A program made the position numbers and the translations under genes. A DNA stretch of 64,000 bases from Zootoca vivipara. Taxonomy: Eukaryota. This document shows positions 1-14,461 of this stretch, in pieces. Location of the stretch: the NCBI RefSeq assembly GCF_963506605.1, contig NC_083277.1, positions 1,612,001 through 1,676,000 on the forward strand, given 5' to 3'. The notes beneath the pieces are model-generated. The model saw only the letters and a program-made list of their open reading frames with translations. It was not told the DNA's origin and made no database searches. Position 1 is the first letter of the stretch; every line of letters starts with the position of its first letter.

Positions 1-1540
1 TGACCTTGAGCCAGACATCTTGGAGAGTGAAGTCAAATGGGCCTTAGAAAGCACTGCTAATAACAAGGCCAGTGGAAGTGATGATATTCCAGCTGAACTG
101 TTTAAAATTTTAAAAGATGATGCTGTTAAGGTGCTACACCCAATATGCCAGCAAGTTTGGAAAACTCAGCAATGGCCAGAGGATTGGAGAAGATCAGTCT
201 ACATCCCAAGTCCAAAGAAGGGCAGTGCCAAAGAATGCTCCAACTACCGCACAATTGCGCTCATTTCACACGCTAGCAAGGTTATGCTTAAAATTCTACA
301 AGGCAGGCTTAAGCAGTATGTGGACCGAGAACTCCCAGAAGTGCAAGCTGGATTTCGAAAAGGCAGAGGAACCAGAGACCAAATAGCAAACATGCGCTGG
401 ATTATGGAGAAAGCTAGAGAGTTCCAGAAAAACGTCTACTTCTGCTTCATTGACTATGCAAAAGCCTTTGACTGTGTCGACCACAGCAAACTATGGCAAG
501 TTCTTAAAGAAATGGGAGTGCCTGATCACCTCATCTGTCTCCTGAGAAATCTCTATGTGGGACAAGAAGCTACAGTCAGAACTGGATATGGAACAACTGA
601 GTGGTTCAAAATTGGGAAAGGAGTACGACAAGGTTGTATATTGTCTCCCTGCTTATTTAACTTATATGCAGAATTCATCATGCGAAAGGCTGGACTAGAT
701 GAATCCCAAGCCGGAATTAAGATTGCCGGAAGAAATATCAACAACCTCAGATATGCAGATGACACAACCTTGATGGCAGAAAGCGAGGAGGAATTAAAAA
801 ACCTTTTAATGAGGGTGAAAGAGGAGAGCGCAAAATATGGTCTGAAGCTCAACATCAAAAAAACCAAGATCATGGCCACTGGTCCCATCACCTCCTGGCA
901 AATAGAAGGGGAAGAAATGGAGGCAGTGAGAGATTTCACCTTCTTGGGCTCCTTGATCACTGCAGATGGTGACAGCAGTCACGAAATTAAAAGACGCCTG
1001 CTTCTTGGGAGAAAAGCAATGACAAACCTAGACAGCATCTTAAAAAGCAGAGACATCACCTTGCCGACAAAGGTCCATATAGTTAAAGCTATGGTTTTCC
1101 CAGTAGTGATGTATGGAAGTGAGAGCTGGACCATAAAGAAGGCTGATCGTCGAAGAATTGATGCTTTTGAATTATGGTGCTGGAGGAGACTCTTGAGAGT
1201 CCCGTGGACTGCAAGAAGATCAAACCTATCCATTCTTAAGGAAATCAGCCCTGAGTGCTCCCTGGAAGGACAGATCGTGAAGCTGAGGCTCCAATACTTT
1301 GGCCACCTAATGAGAAGAGAAGAATCCTTGGAAAAGACCCTGATGTTGGGAAAGATTGAGGGCACAAGGAGAAGGGGACGACAGAGGACGAGATGGTTGG
1401 ACAGTGTTCTCGAAGCTACGAACATGAGTTTGACCAAACTGCGGGAGGCAGTGCAAGACAGGAGTGCCTGGCGTGCTATGGTCCATGGGGTCACGAAGAG
1501 TCGGACACGACTAAACGACTAAACAACAACAACAACAACA
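1..1540 (+). mobile_element. RTE-BovB LINE, 3' part (RT domain and (CAA)n tail), lying antisense in VPS52 intron 1
   Basis: Uninterrupted ORF 20-1522 with RT motifs FIDYAKAFD, GVRQGCILSP and LRYADD and the BovB C-terminus HGVTKSRTRLND, followed by (CAA)n at about 1521-1540. It runs off the left edge. Confidence 0.95.
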
Positions 1541-1689
1541 CTATTATTAATTATTATTATTATTATTCAGCCCACCTCCCCTGTTATGGCTTGTCCAGCT
1601 GCGTTTCTGCCCTGCTTTCTCTCTTTGCAGCCCAAAGGGGCTCCGTCGGCCTAAAAGCGACAGGCAGGAGCCCAACAGGTGCAGAGGGG

Positions 1690-2709
1690 AAAGCCCCACT
1701 CCGCGCATGCGCATTGGCCAAAGCCGTGGGGCTGAGGGGAGCGGGGTCAAAGGTCACCAGAACATTCCCCACCCCCAGCCCAAATATTCTTTTCGCGATT
1801 GAAGAGGAAAAAAATAAAGAGAGGGACCGAGAGGAGGGTGTCCTTTATTTATGAGACACCGGAAGTCGGAGGCTCAGAGACCGGAAACGGGGACAGGTCC
1901 GTGAGCCTCACCGATCCGTCCCCCGCCTCTTCCTCGTCCATGTCTCCCGCCCGGAGCTGCTGTTGCTCCTGCTGCTGCTGCCGCTGCCGCCGCCGCCGCT
2001 GTTCTTCGGGCTCCGCTTCGCCGGGGCCGCTGCCTTCCTCATCCGGGGCTTCCAGGGGAAGGACTTCCTGTTTTTCGGCACAAAGAACTACAAGCCCCAG
2101 AATGCCCAGCGGCCGCTTTGCGGAAGTGGCCCGATAGGACTCTTCGTCGGCTGCTAAGGCAGCAGAAGCTCAGAAGCTTCGATGGGGTTGTTGGGGGGGG
2201 GGGGTCGAGCATCCCTCTTCCTCCTCCTCCTCCCCCCCCTTGACACCCCCAAAAGGACTCCTTGTTTCCTCTGGCGAGGAGATATGCTCTCACAGAACCT
2301 TCCACTCCACCTCCTTGTTTCCTTACTCGGGCTCCATGGACCATAGATATAGAAAACCTATTGAAACGTAATTGCATTTCCCAGCAGAAATGGGACGGCA
2401 CCCCATTTTACCCGCTTCACCCCTGACACATTTGTAAATTAAAGGGATTATCCAAGCGGGACGACCCGATAAACGTTGTCGAGCAAAAGGCTTCCCTTTC
2501 ACGGCTCTACTTTTCTATCTCTATGGTTCCGGAAGTGGGCCTGCCCTTACTCCGCTATGACTTCAACGCGGTTAGAAAGCCTTCTAGAGAACGGCCCCCA
2601 CCTCCCCCGGAAGTGATTTTCGCTTCGGTGGGTGGGTATATGCAGGCCGTCGCGCCGGCTCTACTTCCTTTTCCGGCCACAACAGGAGCGAGAAACAGGC
2701 GCTGCAGCC

Positions 2710-2720
<11 letters not shown>
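1690..2720. promoter_or_regulatory. Bidirectional CpG-island promoter for VPS52 and RPS18
   Basis: CpG-rich. Contains NRF1-type GCGCATGCGC (about 1703), ETS (C)CGGAAGT (about 1859, 2121, 2529, 2607), ZNF143-type ACTACAAGCCCCAGAATGC (about 2087) and a TOP/TCT pyrimidine tract CTTCCTTTTCC (2664-2674) before the RPS18 ATG. Confidence 0.8.
1912..1941 (-). CDS. VPS52: VPS52 (GARP complex subunit), coding part of exon 1; the rest of the gene is left of the window
   Basis: The minus strand reads ...LRAGD-MDEEEAGDGS then a phase-0 GTGAG donor at 1911, resembling the end of human VPS52 exon 1 (LRAGTSDMEEEEGPL). It is head-to-head with RPS18, as in mammals. The start codon is uncertain. Confidence 0.75.
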
Positions 2721-6621
<3,901 letters not shown>

Positions 6622-6645
6622 ATCTTTTCCCATGTGAATAATCAT

Positions 6646-6651
6646 AATAAA
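6646..6651 (+). terminator. RPS18 polyadenylation signal AATAAA
   Basis: AATAAA begins 25 nt after the stop codon. Confidence 0.85.
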
Positions 6652-6857
6652 GGGTTTTCTCAATGCTCCTGCCTCCTAAGTCTCTGGTGGGTCAGGGGGG
6701 TCAGGGAGGGGGGTCTTGAGGCAGAGCATTAACGCTCGGGGGCAACAGCAGAATGTACGTTGGCAGGGATCCATGGACATATTAATCCTATTTTGACAGA
6801 ACTGCAGTTCAAAAGTTTGCCGCATGCTGGCAGATCAGTCACTCAAAGCACAAACTA

Positions 6858-7225
6858 GAGTAAAAGGTAAAGGACCTCTGGACAGTTTAAGTCCAGTCCA
6901 AAGCGATTATGGGGTTGCGGCACCCATCTCGCTTTCAGGCCAAGGGAGCCAACGTTTGTCCACAGACTGCTTTCCGGATCATGTGGCCAGCAGGACCAAA
7001 CCGCTTCTGGCGCAACAGGACACCGTGACAGAAACCAGAGTGCACGGAAACACAATTTACCTTCCCGCTGCAGCGGCACCTATTTATCTACTTGCACTGG
7101 TGTGCTTTTGAATTGCTAGGTTGGCAGGAGCTGGGACAGACAATGGGAGCTCACCCCGTCGTGGGGCCGACCTTCTGATTGGCAAGCCCAAGAGGCTGGT
7201 TTAGACCACAGTGCCACCCACGTCC
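6858..7225 (-). mobile_element. Sauria SINE
   Basis: (ACCTTT) tail and characteristic body. TSD CAAAGCACAA(A/G)CTA at 6844-6857 and 7225-7238. Confidence 0.9.
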
Positions 7226-7944
7226 AAAGCACAAGCTACTGGATCACTGGCTAACTTTGAATCTGTTTGGCCAAATCTGGTACGTGGATACAGAGGACTG
7301 GTCTCTTATTTACACAGAAGGATGCAAACAGCCACCTGAATGGAAATCTCTGGGGTCAGCTATGCCTTATAAATTGTGTTTCCTTCCGCGTTAGGAGGCA
7401 ATGCACGCCTGTGCAGGTGACTCATAGTATCAAGGGTCTCCCAGGACTGCTGACGGACGTTCTTCCCTCTTTTGGGGGGGGGAAGATGGTCCTGGGCTTC
7501 CTGGTTTGGGCCCCAAATATACCAGTAAATAAAATAATTAAAGAACACCTGATTAAAAGTGGCACTGCCGGTGACTGAGAATCCCTTACAAGGAAAGTCT
7601 AAATAGCTTGGAGACTTTTTAGCCAGGAGACGGAAGGATAAAGGTTTATAAGGTCATGTGCACCCCATTCAAAGCACTTGACTGCGCCCAAGGAATCCTG
7701 GGAACTGGTTTACCCTTTCCCAGTGTTGCAGTTCCCAGCACCTTAACAAACTATAGTTCCCAGGGTTCTTTGGAGGGAGGCTGTGTGCTCCAAATGCATG
7801 GGGTGGGTCTGACACCCAACTGAGGGAAAATTTGGCACTTGCTGCTTTCCCCCCTCCAGGAAAACAGGATCAAGAATAGAAACTAAAAATGTTTTGCCCT
7901 TTTGCTGGCAAAATTATATACCGGTACATATACCGTATACTGTA

Positions 7945-8561
7945 CTAGCTGGCCCTGCACGCGTTGCTGAGCATTAGTCTGTGAAATGGAGGGTAATAGT
8001 CCCCCTGAGTCAAGGCGAGATACTGTGGAGAGGGCAGGTTTCATCCCTGTGTCTCCCCCCACCCTGTTCTGACCCATTACTTATCCCTGCCCTTTATTCG
8101 CCCCCCCCTACCTCCACTTGGCCTAGTCTGGAAAGTGGCCTAGTCTGCAAAGCCGAGGTGAGATATTGTGGAGATCCCTGTGTCTCTCCCCCACCCTGTT
8201 CTGCCCCGCCCCTACCTCCACTTGGCCTTGTCTGGAAAGCGGCCTAGTATGTCTGATAATGCCCGCCTTGGTGGTTTCAGTTGCTTGGTTGATGATGTCA
8301 TTTGGTTTGTGGGTGTGGCTTAGATTTCACAGGAAGGGAGGGGGTGGAGGAGGGCACTACGCCACTTGAGGGCGCTGTTTGACTTCGTGGAAAACCAGGT
8401 CTACACCTGCCCAGGTGTGTGATTTGAGGGATTTTTGTCCCCAACAACGCTCGGGGAGTGGCCTGGATCGTTGTGTCAAAATTTCAGGACGATTGGTTAA
8501 GCGGTTACGGAGAAAAGTGTAGAACGCAGTTTCACGATTTTTACATTTTTATATATATAGA
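7945..8561 (-). mobile_element. Non-autonomous Helitron
   Basis: The minus strand starts A|TC(TATATA) and ends with a GC-rich hairpin plus CTAG|T, with no TSD. It has an internal direct repeat (about 8040-8140 vs 8175-8250). Confidence 0.8.
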
Positions 8562-8569
8562 TACAGTAT

Positions 8570-9455
8570 ATAATTTTTATTAAATTTTCAAAAATGACAT
8601 TTCAAAATATTCATTTAAACAACCTTAAATCAAGGACTTCCCTTTCAGTGGTTTATTTTACATACCATATATCCCTGCATATTTTACATTCAGTATTCCA
8701 TTATTACATCCATCAAAACTGTTGAATTTATCTTAATGCTACCAGCATTTTTTAAATGAACACAATTTTTACCCATATATTCAGTAAGCGTTTTCCAGTT
8801 GTCTTTAAGCATGCATTCTTTTCCCTCTTATTCTTTAAATTAAGTCTGCAAGCTGCACATATTCCATCAGTTTAAGTTTCCACCTCACTCATTTTCCTTT
8901 TTGGAAAGGAACAAGACACAGGCCACTCATGTAGTGGCGTACATGAATAGTAGTGGTACCTCGGTTGTCGGATGTAATCGTTCTGGAAGTTCTGAAACGT
9001 TCAATGACTGAGGCTCAATGGGCAGCCGGCAAATTCCATTGAGAAAATTGAAAAACGCCTTGGAAGCTGTTTGATTTCTAAGGTGTGTTTGGAAATGGAA
9101 GCATTTACTTCCGGGTTTTTGGCATTTCCCAATGCTCTCTTGCCCTTTTACAAGTCCACCACATATGATAAAATGTTCCCTCAACTTCATTACATCTCCA
9201 GCACTTATCTGATTCAGGCTTATACATTTTAGCAAGTCTGCTTCGAGTTAAATACCATCTGGAAATCATTTTCAGGTACAGTAGTTCCCCTTCAAAGAAT
9301 TACATGCTGTGTACTTCAAATCGCTCTTCCACAGATTTTCCCAGAGGTTCAGGTCTATATGATACTTATTAATTGAATTTACATCCTATATCTATTGCAC
9401 AGTGTGTCATGGAAGCTTCAACAAGCTCATCTTTTGTTTCCCAATCTAACAACAG
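8570..9455 (-). mobile_element. Degraded L1/Tx1-like LINE 3' fragment with a nested mariner-type MITE remnant (about 8950-9130)
   Basis: T-rich + strand; the minus strand shows remnants resembling an L1 ORF2 C-terminus (..LFMYATT..). Boundaries are approximate. Confidence 0.5.
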
Positions 9456-9552
9456 ATTTAGTTACAGGTAGGTAGCCGTGTTGGTCTGAGTCGAAGCAAA
9501 ATAAGAAAATTCCTTCAGTAGCACCTTAAAGACCAACTAAGTTTATATTTTG

Positions 9553-9590
9553 GTATGAGCTTTCGTGTGCATGCACACTTCTTCAGATAC
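9553..9590 (-). ncRNA. Minimal type-I hammerhead ribozyme motif in the Penelope pLTR
   Basis: Minus strand reads GUAU-CUGAAGA-A-GUGUGC-AU-GCACAC-GAAA-GCUC^AUAC: CUGANGA and GAAA cores, stem II, palindromic AGCU stem III and a 4-bp stem I. Confidence 0.85.
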
Positions 9591-9793
9591 ACTAGAAACA
9601 GAAGTGTCAGACCCTATATATATATACAGAGGGTGGTGGGTGGGAATGGGAGATGGGCTGATGGGAGTGGTAAACCTGTAGATGGGTGTTAATGGCTGCT
9701 GATGGCTGCAATTAGTCCTGGGCTGAGGTGCTAAAGAAAGCTTGATCATGCATAATGAGATAAGAATCCGATATCCTTATGGTTCCTGGTGTC

Positions 9794-10938
9794 TTGATTT
9801 CAGCAAGGCCTTTGACAAGGTGCCCCATGATATTCTTGTAAAGAAGCTGGTAAAATGTGGGCTAGACAATGCTACCATTCAGTGGATTTGTAACTGGCTT
9901 ACTGACCGAATCCAAAGGGTGCTCATCAGTGGCTCCTCCTCATCCTGGAGAGTAGTGACTAGTGGGGTGCCACAGGGTTCTGTCTTGGGCCCAGTCTTGT
10001 TCAACATCTTTATCAATGACTTGGATGATGGGCTTGAGGGCATCCTGAGCAAGTTTGCAGATGACACCAAATTGGGATGGGTGGCTAACACCCCAGAGGA
10101 CAGGATCACACTTCAGAATGACCTTAACAGATTAGACAACTGGGCCAAAGCAAACAAGATGAATTTTAACAAGGAGAAATGTAAAGTACTACACTTGGGC
10201 AAAAAAAATGAAAGGCACAAATACAGGATGGGAGACACCTGGCTTGAGAGCAGTACATGTGAAAAGGATCTAGGAGTCTTGGTAGACCACAAACTTGACA
10301 TGAGTCAGCAGTGTGATGCAGCAGCTAAAAAAGCCAATGCAATTCTGGGCTGCATCAATAGGAGTATAGCATCTAGATCAAGGGAAGTAATAGTACCACT
10401 GTATTCTGCTCTGGTCAGACCTCACCTGGAGTACTGTGTCCAGTTCTGGGCACCACAGTTCAAGAAGGATACTGATAAGCTGGAACGTGTCCAGAAGAGG
10501 GCAACCAAAATGGTCAAAGGCCTGGAAACGATGCCTTATGAGGAACGGCTTAGGGAGCTGGGTATGTTTAGCCTGGAGAAGAGAAGGTTAAGGGGTGATA
10601 TGATAACCATGTTCAAATATATTAAAGGATGTCATATAGAGGAGGGAGAAAGGTTGTTTTCTGCTGCTCCAGAGAAGCGGACACGGAGCAATGGATTCAA
10701 ACTACAAGAAAGAAAATTCCACCTAAACATTAGGAAGAACTTCCTGACAGTAAGAGCTGTTCGGCAGTGGAATTTGCTGCCAAGGAGTGTGGTGGAGTCT
10801 CCTTCTTTGCAGGTCTTTAAGCAGAGGCTTGACAGCCATCTGTCAGGAATGCTTTGATGGTGTTTCCTGCTTGGCAGGGGGTTGGACTGGATGGCCCTTG
10901 TGGTCTCTTCCAACTCTATGATTCTATGATTCTATGAT
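9794..10938 (+). mobile_element. CR1 LINE, 5'-truncated, with open RT
   Basis: [19 protein letters not shown] and KFADD, open to 10857; (ATTCTATG)n tail at about 10915-10938. Confidence 0.95.
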
Positions 10939-12212
10939 CTCTATTCATCCCAGGTGCTTCCATGGTTTTAAGCTTGGTAATGATTTCCAATTCAGCAACT
11001 TCCCTTTCCAGTCTGTTCCTGAAATTTCTCTGTAATAAAACAGCTGCTTTGAGATCTTGTATAGAATGTCCTGGGAGATTGAAGTGTTCTCCTACTGGTT
11101 TTTCAGTCTTATGGTTCCTGATGTCAGATTTATGTCCATTTATCCTTTGGCGTAGGGTTTGGCCTGTTTGTCCAATATAGAGAGCTGAAGGGCACCGTTG
11201 GCATTTGATGGCATACACAATGTTAGAAGATGAGCAATTAAATAGTCCTGAGATGGTATGTTGGATGTTGTTGGGACCAGTAATGATGTTGTCCGGGTGT
11301 ATGTGGCAGCAAAGTTGGCATCTGGGTTTATTGCAGGCTCTGGTACCAGTGCCCATGTTAAGTCTGGTGGTTGTATTATTGTGGGTGAGGAGTTGTTTAA
11401 GATTGGGTGGCTGTCTGTAGGCAATGAAAGGTCTTCCTCCCAGAGCTTGAGAAAGGGAGCTGTCATTGTCCAGGAGAGGCTGTAGATCTCTGATGATGCG
11501 TTGTACTGTTTTAACTTGGGAGCTGTATGTGATGACTAGTGGTGTTCTGTTATTTTCTTTTTTGGGTCTGTCTTGCAGCAGGTTCTCCCTAGGTATCAGT
11601 CTGGCTCTGTTGATCTGTTGTTTAACTTCCTCAGGTGGATATTTTAGTTCTAAAAAGGTTTGCTGTAGATCTCTTAGGTGAGATTCTCTGTCTGTAGAGT
11701 TGGAACAGATACGGTTGTAACGTAGGGCCTGGCTGTATACGATGGATTGTTTGGTATGTTTGGGATGGTAGCTAGAAGCATGTAGATATGTTTGTCGGTC
11801 AGTTGGTTTTCTGTATAAGGTGGTGTCTATACGTCCATCCTGTATTTTTATAGTAGTGTCCAAAAAATGTATTTCTTGCATAGATTGGTTCATTGTTAGG
11901 TTGATGGTGGGGTGAAAGTCATTGAATGTCTGGTGGAAGGTTTCCAGGGTCTGTTGTCCATGTGTCCAGATAATAAAGATATCGTCAATGTATCGTAGGT
12001 ACAAGAGAGGTTTGAGTGGGTAGGAGTCTAGGAAACGATGTTCTAAGTCTGCCATGAAGATGTTGGCATACTGTGGGGCCATGCGGGTGCCCATGGCTGT
12101 GCCGCTGATCTGGAGGAACAGGTCATCACCAAATTTGAAGTGGTTGTGGGTAAGGACAAAGTGGCAGAGTTTGGTAGCAAAGTCCGCTGTGGTTTTATCT
12201 GGGGGGGGGGGG

Positions 12213-14105
12213 TCTGATGGGTGATGGCCCCTCCCAGCAACTCCCTGCCGTCAATGGTTGAGACGTGCAGGGGAAAGTCCAGCTGCAGAAGTTGGATCTG
12301 GTGCGCTTCTGCAAAGTTTCTCGAAAAGAAGTTGGCAGATGCACCCGAGTCGATTAAGGCTAAGACCGTCAGTGGATATCCATTAGGGAGCGTTAGCGTC
12401 ACTTCTAGAACCACCCCTGCTCTGGGGGGGGGGGTGGGCTGGCGCTGCTCCTCGCTGTGCGGGTGGGTGGGCTGGGGCTGTTGTCGGCCGATTGCGCCTG
12501 GCTGCTGCCCCTTGTCTCCTGCAGCCAGGCTGTCTTGTTTCCCTGCTGTGGTGCTGCGTCAGTGGGGGAGGGCACAACCGTTCCTGCCCTCCCTTGCCAT
12601 TCCCTGCGGTGGGGGCAGTTTCTGACGAGATGCTGAGGGGAGTTGCAGAGGAAGCAGTTCCCGCCCCTTCCCTCCTTGCGTCTTGGCGCCGCTGGGGTTT
12701 GAAAAGCCCCCGCGCGCGCGCTATCAATTTGCATGGGTTCCTGGTCTGCCCCGGCCCCAGGCGTGGCCTGGGATGGCTGTAGGGGGAGTGGCTTCTCCTG
12801 CGACCGTGGGAACCAAGGCTGTGTTGCGCGCGTTGTCTGCTTGTCGTTCCACCGAGATTCCTGCCTCACCCCCACCGCCAGAGCCGCTTTACTCAACTCA
12901 TCCATATTATTGGGCTTCGGACCTCTCGAGAGCTCATCCTTCACATCAGGATGCAATCCCAAATAGAACGCAGCTTCCATCGGAGGCGAGTGAAGTTCCC
13001 ACCCCAGCCTGTGCACCAGCATGGTGAATTTAGCCCAATATTCGCGAACTGTCATTTTCCCCTGGCGTAAATTATGAAGTTCCTCTTTGGTATGGTCCAT
13101 ATGACTGTCACTTGCATACATTACTTTTAAAGCTTCTAGAAATAATTTGACATTCTTCATGCAAGGGTTTGTTGCCGCGATTAACGGTCTGAGCCACTCC
13201 CTTGCTGGTCCGGTCAGATGTTCCACTATAAACGCTACTCTGTGCGCATCATCAGGGAACTCATCATTGTGCAGCTCAAGGGCATACAATATCTGTCTCA
13301 AAGCCCTGATATTCCCTTGGGTCCCCGTTGAACTTGCTTACTAGGGTCCCCGCTCTCCTTCCCGGCAGCACTTGGAGTTGCCCCCCCCCCGCCCTTGTTT
13401 TTCTCTGCATCCAACTTGTTTTGGAGCTCCACTGCTAGCGTTCTTAACTGCTGCTCTTTTTCCTGTAGCGATCTCACCTGGTCAAGGAGATTCTGCCTCT
13501 CCTCCTGGCTTTTCCGCGTTTCCTCTTTGGCCGCTTTTAATTCTCCCTGTGCCTGCACCGCCAGTTGCTGCAGCTCCTGCTGGGCTTGCTCCGCGAGCTG
13601 CCGCCATTTCTCCGCCTCTTGCGCGCTCATTCCGGCAACTCCAAAGTAGCCCAAAAAAAGATTCGGAGGTAGCTGTCACAGTGGCCTGGGTGGGCTACTT
13701 CAGAGTAACGACTCCACACAGCTCTGCATTTTATTCTTTTATTGGTGCTGTGTATTTACAGTGCTAAAGGCAGTGCTATTTACAGAGATTGACACATCTT
13801 ATCAGTCTTCTTCAGTACCTCCGAATGGAGATTGGCGCGTTCTCCTCCAGCATAAAAGCTTGGGGAGACCCAGCCTCTTCCCCCTACGTTTCTTGCGCAA
13901 TTCCGGAGTCGGTGGGATTGGCCTTCCCCCCTTGCTCCCCCCTTCCTGTCCCACCTTGGCCAGTGGCTCTGCTACCTTGCCTGAGCCTCGGACACCACTA
14001 CCTGCTTCTCCACTTGAGTCGGAACTCTCCCTGCTTTCCCCAGCGCTCGGAGATGGGCTGGAGCTCAAGATGGGAGGGACCTCCCGATATCCCCTGTCCC
14101 TCACA
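12213..14105 (-). mobile_element. Ty3/gypsy LTR retrotransposon of the sushi/Tf1 group: 5' LTR (13674-14105), gag (ATG 13630, frameshifted) and a truncated protease
   Basis: 432-bp TG...CA LTR with AATAAA. Gag has a coiled coil, a capsid region (LRQGKMTVREY) and a CCHC knuckle CFLCNSPQHLVRNC. Protease motif ALIDSGASANF. The element ends abruptly at a G-run joined to the Penelope element. Confidence 0.92.
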
Positions 14106-14461
14106 ATTACATTCCAGAAATAGCCTCATTTATAACAATACCAATTTACAGTATAATACAATTACTAATACCATTGTTCAAATACGAATTATATAATTTA
14201 GATGGCCCCGCGCGTGCTAGAATTGATGGTTTTATGATTTTATTTACTTCAGCATTCCAAAATCCTATTATTTTCAATTACATTACAGTCATCATAATAA
14301 TCCCTTGTACAACTACAGTATTAATAAATTCTGTTTGTGTTAACACATTAAATGATTTATAAGACTACACATGAATGATTCAAACTAGCTCAGACGTTGC
14401 CACTCGGGTGAGTCTCATTGCTCTTAATATCTCTTCAACCTACCGCAAGTCTCTTTCCATG

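Larger units (their letters stand above)
9460..12200 (-). mobile_element. Penelope-like element (RT C-terminal half, GIY-YIG endonuclease and pLTR), 5'-truncated and split by a CR1
   Basis: The ORF contains GTAMGTRMAPQYAN, LRYIDD and NIVYAIKC...LYIGQT. The frame resumes left of the CR1 as (GMNR)DIGFLSHYA* with the stop at 9746-9748. The pLTR spans 9460-9745. Confidence 0.93.

Noticed and set aside
9742-10857. 371-aa ORF as a standalone gene
   Set aside because: It is a 5'-truncated CR1 RT with a chance N-terminus from antisense Penelope sequence.
12405-13654. Domesticated gag gene (PEG10/RTL-like)
   Set aside because: It retains an LTR and PBS, and gag needs two frame corrections (the G-run near 13385 and another near 13290). 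It is better read as a broken TE copy, although homopolymer errors are possible.
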